Shown piece by piece: positions 61,616 to 61,622 of a stretch of DNA of 61,622 bases. Numbering within the stretch: position 1 is the stretch's first letter; every line of letters starts with the position of its first letter. The DNA comes from Priapulus caudatus. Its lineage: Eukaryota. The stretch covers positions 200,874 to 262,495 of the forward strand of contig NW_014577080.1 in NCBI RefSeq assembly GCF_000485595.1. Direction: 5' to 3'. The notes beneath the pieces are model-generated. The model was not told where the DNA came from. It was given only the letters and a program-made list of their open reading frames with translations, and ran no database searches. The position numbers and the translations under genes were made by a program.

Positions 61616-61622
61616 TTTTTTT

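Overview
Eukaryotic, metazoan-invertebrate-type genomic DNA: spliceosomal introns, many microsatellites, TTAGGG-type repeats and three N gaps. Four protein-coding loci are supported. (1) An orphan secreted ~497-aa precursor-like protein with repeated FPFxS-RR-GNAY-RR-DW motifs (22621-24114, -). (2) A single-coding-exon cyclase-family (kynurenine formamidase/isatin hydrolase-like) amidohydrolase with a signal peptide and hydrophobic C-tail (27339-28208, -). (3) A 10-coding-exon PNISR gene (34770-43605, +) with a candidate 55-nt poison exon. (4) A GT11 alpha-1,2-fucosyltransferase (53042-54631, -) with an in-frame TGA just before its signal anchor. The rest is mini/microsatellites, a ~540-bp tandem satellite, nested MITEs, large inverted duplications and a family of 32-71-bp palindromic micro-elements with 7-8-bp TSDs. 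The first ~9 kb looks like noisy long-read gap-fill with duplicated segments. Most ORFs in the track are repeat-derived and spurious. The species cannot be fixed from the sequence alone.
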